Origin: Solirubrobacterales bacterium
GTDB lineage: Bacteria > Actinomycetota > Thermoleophilia > Solirubrobacterales > 70-9
Direction of reading: 5' to 3'
Assembly: GCA_033856335.1 (NCBI GenBank)
Contig: JAWVFG010000051.1
Location: forward strand, 1 to 55,969
Length of the DNA: 55,969 nucleotides
The translations under genes and the position numbers were made by a program. Below, piece after piece: positions 1-8,162 of the stretch. The stretch's first letter is position 1. Each line of letters opens with the position of its first letter. The notes below the pieces were generated by a model. That model ran no database searches, was not told the DNA's origin, and was given only the letters and a program-made list of their open reading frames with translations.

Positions 1-2043
1 CCGGAATTGGCCGGTCTGCTGGTCGAGCACCCTGAGGCGCAGGAGATCGCCGGGGTGAAGCGAGTAGTCGTTGATCGTCTCGAGCGAGACCAGGATCCCG
101 TCAGGCGTCGATGCGAGCCGGCTCATCATCTGGTCCGCGGTGCCGCCGACGAAGTAGGAGTCGCGCAGGCTGGTGGCGCTTCGGAAATGGGCGGGGTCGA
201 TACCGAACGTGTCCTGGAGGTCGGGGCCCACGTAGGCGTAGGAGTGGTTCACCGGGGTCGTGGCGGTCACTCCGGGCACAGAAGCGACCTTGGCGGGGAG
301 GCTGCTGGACGCGGCAACGCCGGGAGGCGAGGTGACCGTGACATCGGCGCCGAGGGTGAGCTGAGCGTCCACCGTGGCCTGCTGGTTATAGGTGGCGGTG
401 AAGATGCTGAGGCTGACGGCGAACGCGAGCAGCAGCCCGATCACCACGAGCCCGCGATTGACCGGGGCCGCGCGGCGCCCCAGGCTCGACACGAGCAGCG
501 TGCCGAGGCTCCCGGGCCTGCGCGCGACTCGCCGCGCGAGCGCGCTCATGAACCGGCCCCGCAGCCTGATCAGCAACAGCGTCGCGCCGATCCAGAGCAG
601 GGCCGGGCCGAAGAACATGTAGACCGAGAGAGACAGCGTCGGATTCGAGTCCGGGCTGATCACCGCAGAGAACCCGGTCCGGATCGTGAGCCAGTAGATC
701 AGCCCGCTGAACGCGAGGGCGACGAAGTCGAGGTAATAGCGCCGCCAGGCGGGCGACCGCTGCTGGACCGTGGCGCTGCGCCCCTCGCTGACCTCTGCCG
801 CGAGCGCCCCCCGCGTGCTCGCCAGCCTGGCCGCGGCCGAGCCGGCGATCGCCAGGCCGACGGCGGCCAGCAGCGTGCCGGCGCCCCGCCAGAAGGTGAG
901 CTGAGCCCCGCCGCTGACCAGCAGCTGCACGGCGGCGAACCCGAGCGCGGCGCCCGCGACGCCCGCGATCAGGCCGATCAGGACGCTCTCCACCGCCGCC
1001 ACGAGGAGGAGATCGCGCGGGCGGGCGCCCCGGGCACGGAGCAGCGCCAGATCGCGCCGGTCGCCGTCACTGGTGCCGAGAGCGGCCAGGTAGGCGACGC
1101 CCAGGGCGATCAGCGCCCCCGGGACGGCCAGCAGCAGGAAGAGGGTCTCGGCGTACAGGGCATCCCCCGCCGCGCCGTTCAGCGAATCCGACAGGTTGTC
1201 GACGAACTGGACCTGGCCGGGGAGCGCGCTCTGCAGCCTGTTCACGGTCTGTGTGGCCCGTGTCAGCGCGCTTGACGGGCTGCCGGCGGCGAGCGGGCCC
1301 CGGTCGAGCTGCGCCTGAACCTGCCACTGGGTCCCCGTCTGCGCGCCCGGCTGAGCGCTCGCCCCAGAGGCTCCCGTCGCGATCGTGGGCAACTGGGGGG
1401 CCAGGGTCCGGGCGAAGGTCCCCGCGAGCATGATCGCTGCGTTCTGGGGCGGCTGTGCCGGGGCGGGGCCGAGCAGCGGGTTGAGCGGCTGGAAGAGCTG
1501 GTCGGGGGCCGTGATCAGCGCGACGCCGCTGACCGGGTAGGTCTGCGGCGGCGCGTTGGGCCGCGGTCGCAGCCTGATCGTGTCGCCGACCTTGGCCTGA
1601 AGCGTCGCCGCCATCTGCTGGTCGAGGACAACGCCGCCCGGGGTCAGGGTTCCTTGCAGCATGCGGAAGGCGTGGACGTGCGCCGCGTAGTCGCGGGGAA
1701 CGGCGAGCAGCGAGCCGTTGGAGGTCTGCGTCGACTGGCCACCGGCGCTGTGCTCCGCCGAGGCAAACGGAGCCGTGGCAGCCGCGGCCGCATAGGCAAC
1801 CCCACTCTGCTTCGAGAGCTCGGCGGCGACCTTCTGATCGTTCGAGAACGAGGTCACCGGGGCCTGCAGATCCAGGGGCACCTGGCGCAGCGCGGTAGCC
1901 GAGGCCGTTCGCAGCGAGTTGCCGATGAACAGGATCATCCCCGCGAGCAGGCCGACCGACAGCATGATCACGCCGATCCGAAGCGCCGTTCGAGCCGGCT
2001 GGCGCCGCAGGCCGGCGACCGCGAGGTGGATGGCGGGGTTCAT
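1..2043 (-). CDS. ABC transporter permease, FtsX/MacB family (3' end lies beyond the window)
   Basis: The minus frame is open from ATG at 2043 to the window edge, so it has no stop and is absent from the ORF track. The ATG overlaps the upstream ATPase stop at 2040-2042 as ATGA. Hand translation begins [43 protein letters not shown], a typical FtsX-family N-terminal TM helix. The 422-aa plus ORF 7..1275 is its antisense shadow. Confidence 0.75.
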   Translation of the reverse strand, partial: MNPAIHLAVAGLRRQPARTALRIGVIMLSVGLLAGMILFIGNSLRTASATALRQVPLDLQAPVTSFSNDQKVAAELSKQSGVAYAAAAATAPFASAEHSAGGQSTQTSNGSLLAVPRDYAAHVHAFRMLQGTLTPGGVVLDQQMAATLQAKVGDTIRLRPRPNAPPQTYPVSGVALITAPDQLFQPLNPLLGPAPAQPPQNAAIMLAGTFARTLAPQLPTIATGASGASAQPGAQTGTQWQVQAQLDRGPLAAGSPSSALTRATQTVNRLQSALPGQVQFVDNLSDSLNGAAGDALYAETLFLLLAVPGALIALGVAYLAALGTSDGDRRDLALLRARGARPRDLLLVAAVESVLIGLIAGVAGAALGFAAVQLLVSGGAQLTFWRGAGTLLAAVGLAIAGSAAARLASTRGALAAEVSEGRSATVQQRSPAWRRYYLDFVALAFSGLIYWLTIRTGFSAVISPDSNPTLSLSVYMFFGPALLWIGATLLLIRLRGRFMSALARRVARRPGSLGTLLVSSLGRRAAPVNRGLVVIGLLLAFAVSLSIFTATYNQQATVDAQLTLGADVTVTSPPGVAASSSLPAKVASVPGVTATTPVNHSYAYVGPDLQDTFGIDPAHFRSATSLRDSYFVGGTADQMMSRLASTPDGILVSLETINDYSLHPGDLLRLRVLDQQTGQFR

Positions 2044-2756
2044 GCCGGCTCCCCCACGCGGACCGCGCCGTCGGCGAGCTCGACCGTCCGGTCGGCGCGC
2101 TCCGCCACGCTTGGATCGTGGGTGGCGGTCACGATCGCGAACCCGAACATCTCCCGCACTGACTCGATCAGATCCAGCACCCGGCGCCCGGTATCGGAGT
2201 CGAGGTGGCCGGTGGGCTCATCGCAGAGGAGCAGCTCGGGCCGCTGAGCCAAGGCGCGGGCGATCGCCACACGCTGCTGCTCCCCGCCCGACAGGTCGGA
2301 CGGCAGTGCGCCGGCCTTCCCATCGAGGCCGACGAGTGCCAGGAAGTCGGTCGGCGACTCCGGGGTGCCGGTGCCGTTGCGGCTTTGCGGCGCGTCCTGG
2401 CTCTGGCGCGCCGCCAGGATGGCGAACGCGATGTTCTCGCGCACGTCGAGATTGGGGAGCAGGTTGGCTCCCTGGAAGACGTAGGCGATCCCCTTCACTG
2501 GGCCCTTCCGGCGTGCCACCCGGTCGAGGCTTGCGAGCTCCTCCCCGCGCCACGTCACCGTCCCGGACGCCGGGGCGACCAGGCCTCCGAGGACATGCAG
2601 GAGCGTCGTCTTGCCAGAGCCGGATGGGCCGACCAGCCCGCAGTGCTCGCCCTCCCGGATCTCGAAGTCGACTCCGGCGAGCGCGCGGACGGCGGTCTCA
2701 CCTGCGCCGTGCACGACAGTCACCCCCCTGCACTCGATCAGCGGGCCTCCGCTCAT
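2040..2756 (-). CDS. ABC transporter ATP-binding protein
   Basis: Walker [10 protein letters not shown], signature LSGGEQQR, Walker B LLLCDEPT. The ORF track starts at 2786. ATG 2756 ([12 protein letters not shown]) is preferred because it lies 10 nt after the upstream stop and follows a GAGGCGG SD. Confidence 0.9.
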   Translation of the reverse strand: MSGGPLIECRGVTVVHGAGETAVRALAGVDFEIREGEHCGLVGPSGSGKTTLLHVLGGLVAPASGTVTWRGEELASLDRVARRKGPVKGIAYVFQGANLLPNLDVRENIAFAILAARQSQDAPQSRNGTGTPESPTDFLALVGLDGKAGALPSDLSGGEQQRVAIARALAQRPELLLCDEPTGHLDSDTGRRVLDLIESVREMFGFAIVTATHDPSVAERADRTVELADGAVRVGEPA

Positions 2757-2766
2757 GAGAACCGCC

Positions 2767-3501
2767 TCATCGGACGGCCCTTCCATCGGCGAGCTCGATC
2801 ACCCGGTCACATCCGTCGGCGACCGCCGCAGAGTGCGTGATCAGCACGACGGCTGACTGGTAGGTGTCGCGCAGCATTCGGAGGGTCTGCAGGACGATCG
2901 ACTCGTTCTCAGCGTCGAGCTCCCCCGTCGGCTCATCGGCGAGGACGATCCGCGGCCGGCGCGCGGCAGCGGCGGCGATCGCGACCCTCTGCTGCTCTCC
3001 GCCCGAGAGGCGGTCCGGAGTGTTCGCGGCGCGGCGCTCCAGACCGAAGATGGCCAGGGTCTCCTCGGCGGCCTCGCTCGGATTCCGATCCAAGCCGGCG
3101 AGGCTCACTGATATCGCCACGTTCTCGCGCGCCGAGAGGGTGGGCCACAGGTTGTCCGATTGAAAGACGACGGCCATCTCCGTGGCCCGGACTCGGGCGA
3201 GCTCGAGCTCGTCGAGGCGGGCAAGCGAACGCCCATCGACCCTGACCTCTCCCGCGGAGGGGACATCCATCGCGGCGGCAACGGAGAGCATCGTGCTCTT
3301 GCCGCTCCCTGATGGACCCACGACGGCGACCATCTCGCGTGGCTCCACCTTCAGGTCAAGGCCGCGAAGGGCCACCGTCTCGGTCGACCCGCTGCGAAAG
3401 ATCTTGAAGACGTCGATGAGCTCGAGCGCAGGCGGCTCGCTGTCCTGTTTCGGTCGATCCGGCTCGACATAGAGGCTCCTGAGCCGCGGTGTCGCCTCCA
3501 C
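2767..3501 (-). CDS. ABC transporter ATP-binding protein (second, distinct NBD)
   Basis: Walker [10 protein letters not shown], signature LSGGEQQR, Walker B VLADEPT. It sits directly upstream of the other ATPase gene. Confidence 0.9.
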   Translation of the reverse strand: MEATPRLRSLYVEPDRPKQDSEPPALELIDVFKIFRSGSTETVALRGLDLKVEPREMVAVVGPSGSGKSTMLSVAAAMDVPSAGEVRVDGRSLARLDELELARVRATEMAVVFQSDNLWPTLSARENVAISVSLAGLDRNPSEAAEETLAIFGLERRAANTPDRLSGGEQQRVAIAAAAARRPRIVLADEPTGELDAENESIVLQTLRMLRDTYQSAVVLITHSAAVADGCDRVIELADGRAVR

Positions 3502-3505
3502 CGGA

Positions 3506-4192
3506 TCAGCTCCAGCGAAAGCTCTCGCTGATCATCCGGTAGGCGTCGACGTTGTCGACACCGACCGGAGTCGCGAGATCGACGGTGGCGACCTTGCCTC
3601 CCTTGAAGTACACGTAACGGTCGACGTTGATCTTCGGGCGCTGCCCCGTCACCGGGCTCTTCGGCCCCTGGGTCGAATAGGTCACCTTGACCACCTGGTT
3701 CGGCCCCGCGGCGGTGGCCTGGGGCTGGCCGGCCTGCATGCACGGGTCCGCGGTCGCCTCCTGCTTCAGCTCCGCGGTCACCGAGGCCGGAGTCGGTTGC
3801 GGGCCCGAAGCCACCCTGATCGTGATGGTGTTGCTCTGCTGCCGGAAGGTGACCTGGTTCCCGTTGCCCGACCGTGCCCAGCCCTCGGGATAGGAGAGCG
3901 AGTAGCCGCCGGCGCGGTTGCGGAAGGTGAGGAACTGCTGGTTGTCAGGAATGTCGCCCTGTGCGGTCGAGGCCGCCTCGGAGGCCCCGGCGGAAGAGGT
4001 GCTCGAGCCGCAGGACGGCTTCGCGACGGGTGTGAGTGCCGATGAAGTTGCGGTCGGTGACGTCGCCGACGCGCCGGTGGACGTGGAGCTGCCGCCTCCC
4101 GACCCGCAGCCGGTCAGAAGGACCAGGCCCGCCAGGCAGGTAGCCGGCACTAGCGCGAAGCGACTACGAATGCTGGGGCCTCGGTTGATCAC
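3506..4192 (-). CDS. Lipoprotein of unknown function (first gene of the ABC cluster)
   Basis: Signal peptide with lipobox LLTGC, followed by a Ser/Thr/Gly-rich linker. No recognisable catalytic motif. Confidence 0.7.
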   Translation of the reverse strand: MINRGPSIRSRFALVPATCLAGLVLLTGCGSGGGSSTSTGASATSPTATSSALTPVAKPSCGSSTSSAGASEAASTAQGDIPDNQQFLTFRNRAGGYSLSYPEGWARSGNGNQVTFRQQSNTITIRVASGPQPTPASVTAELKQEATADPCMQAGQPQATAAGPNQVVKVTYSTQGPKSPVTGQRPKINVDRYVYFKGGKVATVDLATPVGVDNVDAYRMISESFRWS

Positions 4193-4264
4193 GGTGCCAG
4201 CATGCCGCCCCGCTGCTGAAAAGCTCCTGAAAGCCGTTGTCAGAGAATGTTCAGGAAGCCGCGG

Positions 4265-4432
4265 TCAGTGCTCTCGGTGGGAGAGCCAGGCGGCCCAGCC
4301 GAACAGCGCGAGAGCACCGAACATCATCAGGGCGCTCGCGGCAAGGGAGCCGTGCATCAGGGTGCTGAGGGCGAACAGCGCGCAGATGAATCCACTCCAC
4401 GCGCTCAAACTCCAGATCGGTCGTCCGTGCAT
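4265..4432 (-). CDS. Possible small two-TM membrane protein (55 aa)
   Basis: Hand-translated: MHGRPIWSLSAWSGFICALFALSTLMHGSLAASALMMFGALALFGWAAWLSHREH. A GAGGCG motif lies 4 nt upstream of the ATG. It is below the ORF-track size cut-off. Confidence 0.3.
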   Translation of the reverse strand: MHGRPIWSLSAWSGFICALFALSTLMHGSLAASALMMFGALALFGWAAWLSHREH

Positions 4433-4575
4433 GATCGCCTCAATCCGGTCTACTCAATCGTAGGCCCAGGTTCGACCCGCCAGGTAAATCCCACGTGAAA
4501 GCTCCTTCATGGGTCGCGGCCACCGTTCTCAGGCGGAAGGTGGCAGGGCCGACCTGAACCGCTCCTGACTATTGA

Positions 4576-5655
4576 TCAGGCGGAGATGTGAATCGAGGAG
4601 TCCGCGACGAGCTGCGCGAGGACCTCGGGCTCGGCCTCGCGGCGGAGCTCAATCGAGGCGATCCGGTTACGGCCGGCGTGCTTGGCTTCGTACAGGGCCT
4701 GGTCAGCGGCGTTGAAGAGCCGCTCGAACTCGATCTGATCGCCGGCCGCTACCCCGACGCCGAGCGAAACGGTCATGTCGACGCCCGCGGGCTGGGTCCT
4801 CTCGACCGCGACCCTCATCCGCTCGGCTAGATCACGGCCGTCCGCGATCCCGGCGCCCGGAACGACGACGAGGAACTCCTCGCCGCCAAGCCGATAGAAG
4901 AGCTCGAAGGAGCGCAGGCACTTGCGCATCTCGTAGGCGGTCTCCTGGAGCACGACATCGCCGGTGTCGTGGCCGAAGGTGTCGTTGACGTCCTTGAAGT
5001 GGTCGAGGTCCACAGCGATCATGCAGATCGGGGCGTCCTGCTGGTGGGCCTGCTGTTGGAGCTCCTGAAAGCGGGGCAGCAGGGATTTTCGGTTGAGCAG
5101 TCCCGTGAGGGGATCGAGCACCGACTCGAGTCGATGCTGCATCTCTGCGCCCTGGATCGCAATGACGATTCCGGCGATGGAACACGTCAGGGTGATCGTG
5201 ACCGCGGTCAGGCCCGGATGGGCGAAGAGGCCATGGGCATCGACTGCCAGGCCGACTGCCAAGACGAGCAGGGACGTGATCACCACTCCCACGGCCACTA
5301 CCTGCACGCGGAACCGGGCCGCCGCCATCGCGACCGGGACGACCATCCAGGGCAGGATCGGGCTGACCGGTCCGCCAGTGATCGCCGCGGCGAAGGCGAC
5401 GATCAGCCCAGTGGTCAGCATGCCGGCAGCCGCGACGCGCTCGGGGTGCTCGGAGCGGCGCATCCCGGGGTCGACCGTCGCCAGGACCATTGCCGCTATC
5501 GCGAAGGTGGGGATGAGCCACCAGCTCAGGACCGGAGCGAGGACGAGGATGCCCAATCCGGCACAGGCGGCGCCGAAGGTACGTGCCTTCCGAACTCGAT
5601 CGCTCGTGTCGACTGCGCGCCTTCGGTCAAGCTCTGTTGGGCAGAGCCAAGCCAT
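4576..5655 (-). CDS. Diguanylate cyclase (GGDEF domain) with a multi-TM N-terminal sensor region
   Basis: C-terminal GGDEF domain with active site RLGGEEF and flanking DHFKDVNDTFGH. The N-terminal ~170 aa form several hydrophobic helices. Confidence 0.9.
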   Translation of the reverse strand: MAWLCPTELDRRRAVDTSDRVRKARTFGAACAGLGILVLAPVLSWWLIPTFAIAAMVLATVDPGMRRSEHPERVAAAGMLTTGLIVAFAAAITGGPVSPILPWMVVPVAMAAARFRVQVVAVGVVITSLLVLAVGLAVDAHGLFAHPGLTAVTITLTCSIAGIVIAIQGAEMQHRLESVLDPLTGLLNRKSLLPRFQELQQQAHQQDAPICMIAVDLDHFKDVNDTFGHDTGDVVLQETAYEMRKCLRSFELFYRLGGEEFLVVVPGAGIADGRDLAERMRVAVERTQPAGVDMTVSLGVGVAAGDQIEFERLFNAADQALYEAKHAGRNRIASIELRREAEPEVLAQLVADSSIHISA

Positions 5656-5723
5656 CTACTTAAAACGTCGACCCCGTACGAGTGAGGGGCATCCGTCTTA
5701 ATCACCCCACCTGACTAGGTGGT

Positions 5724-5834
5724 TTACCGCAAGTGGGGCTTCCAGATGCCGAGGAACGCCATCACGCCCGGGACGATCAGACGCAGGTTGATCGCGGCGA
5801 TAAGGACGAGCGGGACGAGCCAGATGCTCGGCAT
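5724..5834 (-). CDS. Possible 36-aa hydrophobic peptide
   Basis: ATG preceded by GAGGAGG with a 5-nt spacer. Sequence MPSIWLVPLVLIAAINLRLIVPGVMAFLGIWKPHLR has one TM helix. It lies just downstream of the hydrolase gene on the same strand. Confidence 0.35.
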   Translation of the reverse strand: MPSIWLVPLVLIAAINLRLIVPGVMAFLGIWKPHLR

Positions 5835-5866
5835 ATGGGCCTCCTCGACCATCAGGGGGTGGGACT

Positions 5867-6677
5867 TTAGGTGAACCGCTGCACGAACTCGAGCGCGGTG
5901 CCAGCCACCGCGCCCCAACCATTGTCGATCGTCAGGGCGTGGCCACGGTTCGCAATCTTCTTGATCTCGGTGACGCCCGGGTTCCGCTTCTGCTTCCCGT
6001 ACGACGCGTTGACGATCGCCCATGGCACGGTGTGATCGGCCTCACCGGAGATCAGCAGCATGGGCCCGCGGTCGGGGTTCTTCGTATCGACCTTGAGCTC
6101 GCTCGCCGGATTCGCATTTGCGAAGCCGCCCTGGAAGAGAACCTTGCCGGAGCCCGGGACGTGGAACTCGTCGTAGATCTGCTTGGCCTCGTCCTGATCG
6201 AGCGCGTTCGCCCAGCCGTACTTGAACTGGTCGAAGGTCAACAAGATCGGCCCTGCCGCGGTTGAGCGGGTTCGCGAGCACGGGCATCGCCGACCGCAGA
6301 GTCGACACGGGAAGGGGCAGGACCCCGCGGAACGGCGCCGGGTCGATCGCCACCGATGCCACCGAGAGACCACGCCCGGCCATCATCTGCGTGAACGCCC
6401 CGCCGAAGGAGTGGCCGACGATCGCGGGCTTCCGCTCGAGGCGACCGATCACCTCCGCCGTGTGCTCGGTGATCTGCCCGACAGACTTCTTGGCGAAGAC
6501 GTCGGGATTCGCCCTGGCCTCCGCGACGGTATCCGGGTCGTCCGGCCAACCGGGAGTCACCGTGGCGTATCCGGCGTCGTCGAAGATCTTGGCCCAGCGA
6601 TCCCAGCTGCTCGGCAGCAGCCAGAGCCCGTGGATGAAGACGACCGGCGTCTTGCCCGAGCCGTTCGCCTGATTCAC
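5867..6677 (-). pseudogene. Alpha/beta hydrolase split by a 1-nt frameshift
   Basis: The N-terminal half is in the frame of ORF 6042..6677 and reads well to ...MPVLANPLNRGRA (VVFIHGLW, nucleophile elbow GHSFGG). The C-terminal half continues in the frame of ORF 5867..6373 from ...GPILLTFDQFKYGW to ...GEADHTVPW...RGHAL. The frame switch maps to about 6245-6258. Confidence 0.75.
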
Positions 6678-6731
6678 CTGCTCTGACTCGCGCTCCGTGA
6701 TCGCTATGGGAAAACCTCTCCTTCGAATTAA

Positions 6732-7093
6732 TGGAGCCGGCCGGGTTCGAACCGGCGTCCTCGGTCACGAACGATCGGCGTCTACAGGTATAGCCGGCGC
6801 TTTGTTCTCGCCCTCTGACCTCCGCAGCCGGCGGGAGATGCCGGAGGGCCAAGTCCCTTAGATGTCCCCGGACGGTCGAGACGAGCCGACCGGGTGAGCC
6901 CGAATCTGATGCCGGTGATCCCTTCCCTCGGGCTCGGAAGGGCCGACACTCACCGTTTAGCTACTAACTAAGCGGCGAGGGCGAACTCATGGTCCGCACG
7001 TATTGGTTGGTCCCGGTGTTTAACGAGGCCTCCGGGAACCTCGACCTGCAACCTGATCGCACGGATGACCAAGTCGAATCCAATTTCGGCCCC
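6732..7093 (-). ncRNA. ssrA: tmRNA (SsrA), 362 nt, CCA not encoded
   Basis: 5' end GGGGCCGAAATTGGATTCGAC. 3' end GGACGCCGGTTCGAACCCGGCCGGCTCCA (T-arm plus acceptor). The acceptor stem GGGGCCG/CGGCTCC carries the G3:U pair used as the alanine identity element. The internal tag frame ends ...GCG GAC CAT GAG TTC GCC CTC GCC GCT TAG TTA GTA G, giving (A)DHEFALAA followed by stop. Confidence 0.95.
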
Positions 7094-7138
7094 GTGCTAT
7101 GTGAGGCAATGGTAGCCGTGGGGCGGCTCAGCGCCCGG

Positions 7139-8137
7139 CTAACAGCCCGCCGTCACGTAGCAGCGCAGCGGAGGCTCCTTCGGGACGTGCGGGTAGGCGG
7201 CGACCGTGGCGGCGACATCCGCCACCGATGAGGCCTCGTCCGTGGCGAAGGTCGCGGGGTTGACGCCCGGCATCAGGAGCTGGCGGCAGAGGCCGGTGCC
7301 GATCAGGCGCGATGGGTCGGCGGGCCCGGGATGGCTGAGCGCGTCGATCGCGATCGCGTACGCGACCGGGTCGTAGGTGCCGATCGCGAGGTGGTCGCTG
7401 ACGTCGAGCGGGCAGATCTGCTGGATCGCCACGTTGGTGATCTGCCCACCCCCTCCGTGCAGCGAGCTGCCTTGTCCGGTGATGTTCGGGAAGACGACCT
7501 CGTCCGTCCGCGTGTACGCGGCGGTGTAGGAGATCCCGGGGAAGGTCTCCTGATAGGAGTTGAGCGCCTGGATGAAGTCGGCGTTGTCGCGCTGCTGCCA
7601 GAAGGAAGGGGCGCAGCCGGGGATGCAGGCAGGGACCGAGTCGAGCGTCCCGTGGTTGCTCGGCGACAGCCCGATCTCGTCGTCGACCATGGTCCGCGTG
7701 TCCGGCCAGAACCGAAAGGCCCAGCGCGGCACCATGCCTCCCTGGCTGTGGCCGATGATCGCGATCCGCCGGCCCGCTCGCGCGTACATCGTGCGGATCC
7801 CGTTGACGACGTACTCGGCGGCGGTCTGGATGTCGCCCATGCCGTTGCCCGGCAGGGCAACCACGCACCAGGGGATACCGAGCTTGGTGAGCGCCGGCTC
7901 CCAGTTCCACGAGAAGTCCGACTTCGGGCTGTAGGCCGTTCCCGGCACGAGGAGGACCGGACCGCGCGATCCGGCTGCGAGATTGCCGGCGCATGTGAGG
8001 CTGGCGTCGAGGTCGGCCTGTGGAACGCTCAGCGCCGGGCCGGGCTGGTCGGGCGGCGCGTAGGTGATCGCCGCGGCTGAGGTGGGCACCAGCAGTGCTG
8101 TGCCGATCACCACCAGTGCTGTGAGCGTCCTCTTCAT
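7139..8137 (-). CDS. Secreted lipase, Candida antarctica lipase B (CalB)-like
   Basis: Signal peptide MKRTLTALVVIGTALLVPTSAAA. Blocks LTCAG..PVLLVPGT..NWEP..LGIPWC..GHSQGGMVPRWAFRFWP..VDDEIGLSPSNHGT..FWQQ..TDEVV are colinear with CalB as remembered. Start ATG 8137 follows AAGGAGGG; the track's 8275 start would overlap the upstream paralog. Confidence 0.85.
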   Translation of the reverse strand: MKRTLTALVVIGTALLVPTSAAAITYAPPDQPGPALSVPQADLDASLTCAGNLAAGSRGPVLLVPGTAYSPKSDFSWNWEPALTKLGIPWCVVALPGNGMGDIQTAAEYVVNGIRTMYARAGRRIAIIGHSQGGMVPRWAFRFWPDTRTMVDDEIGLSPSNHGTLDSVPACIPGCAPSFWQQRDNADFIQALNSYQETFPGISYTAAYTRTDEVVFPNITGQGSSLHGGGGQITNVAIQQICPLDVSDHLAIGTYDPVAYAIAIDALSHPGPADPSRLIGTGLCRQLLMPGVNPATFATDEASSVADVAATVAAYPHVPKEPPLRCYVTAGC

Positions 8138-8162
8138 CGTTCGCCCTCCTTGGCGTGTGTCT

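Noticed and set aside
6678-7138. Genomic island or prophage integrated at the tmRNA gene.
   Set aside because: There is no integrase, no phage-like gene and no second copy of the tmRNA 3' segment (GGTTCGAACCCGGCCGGCTCCA) anywhere in the window.
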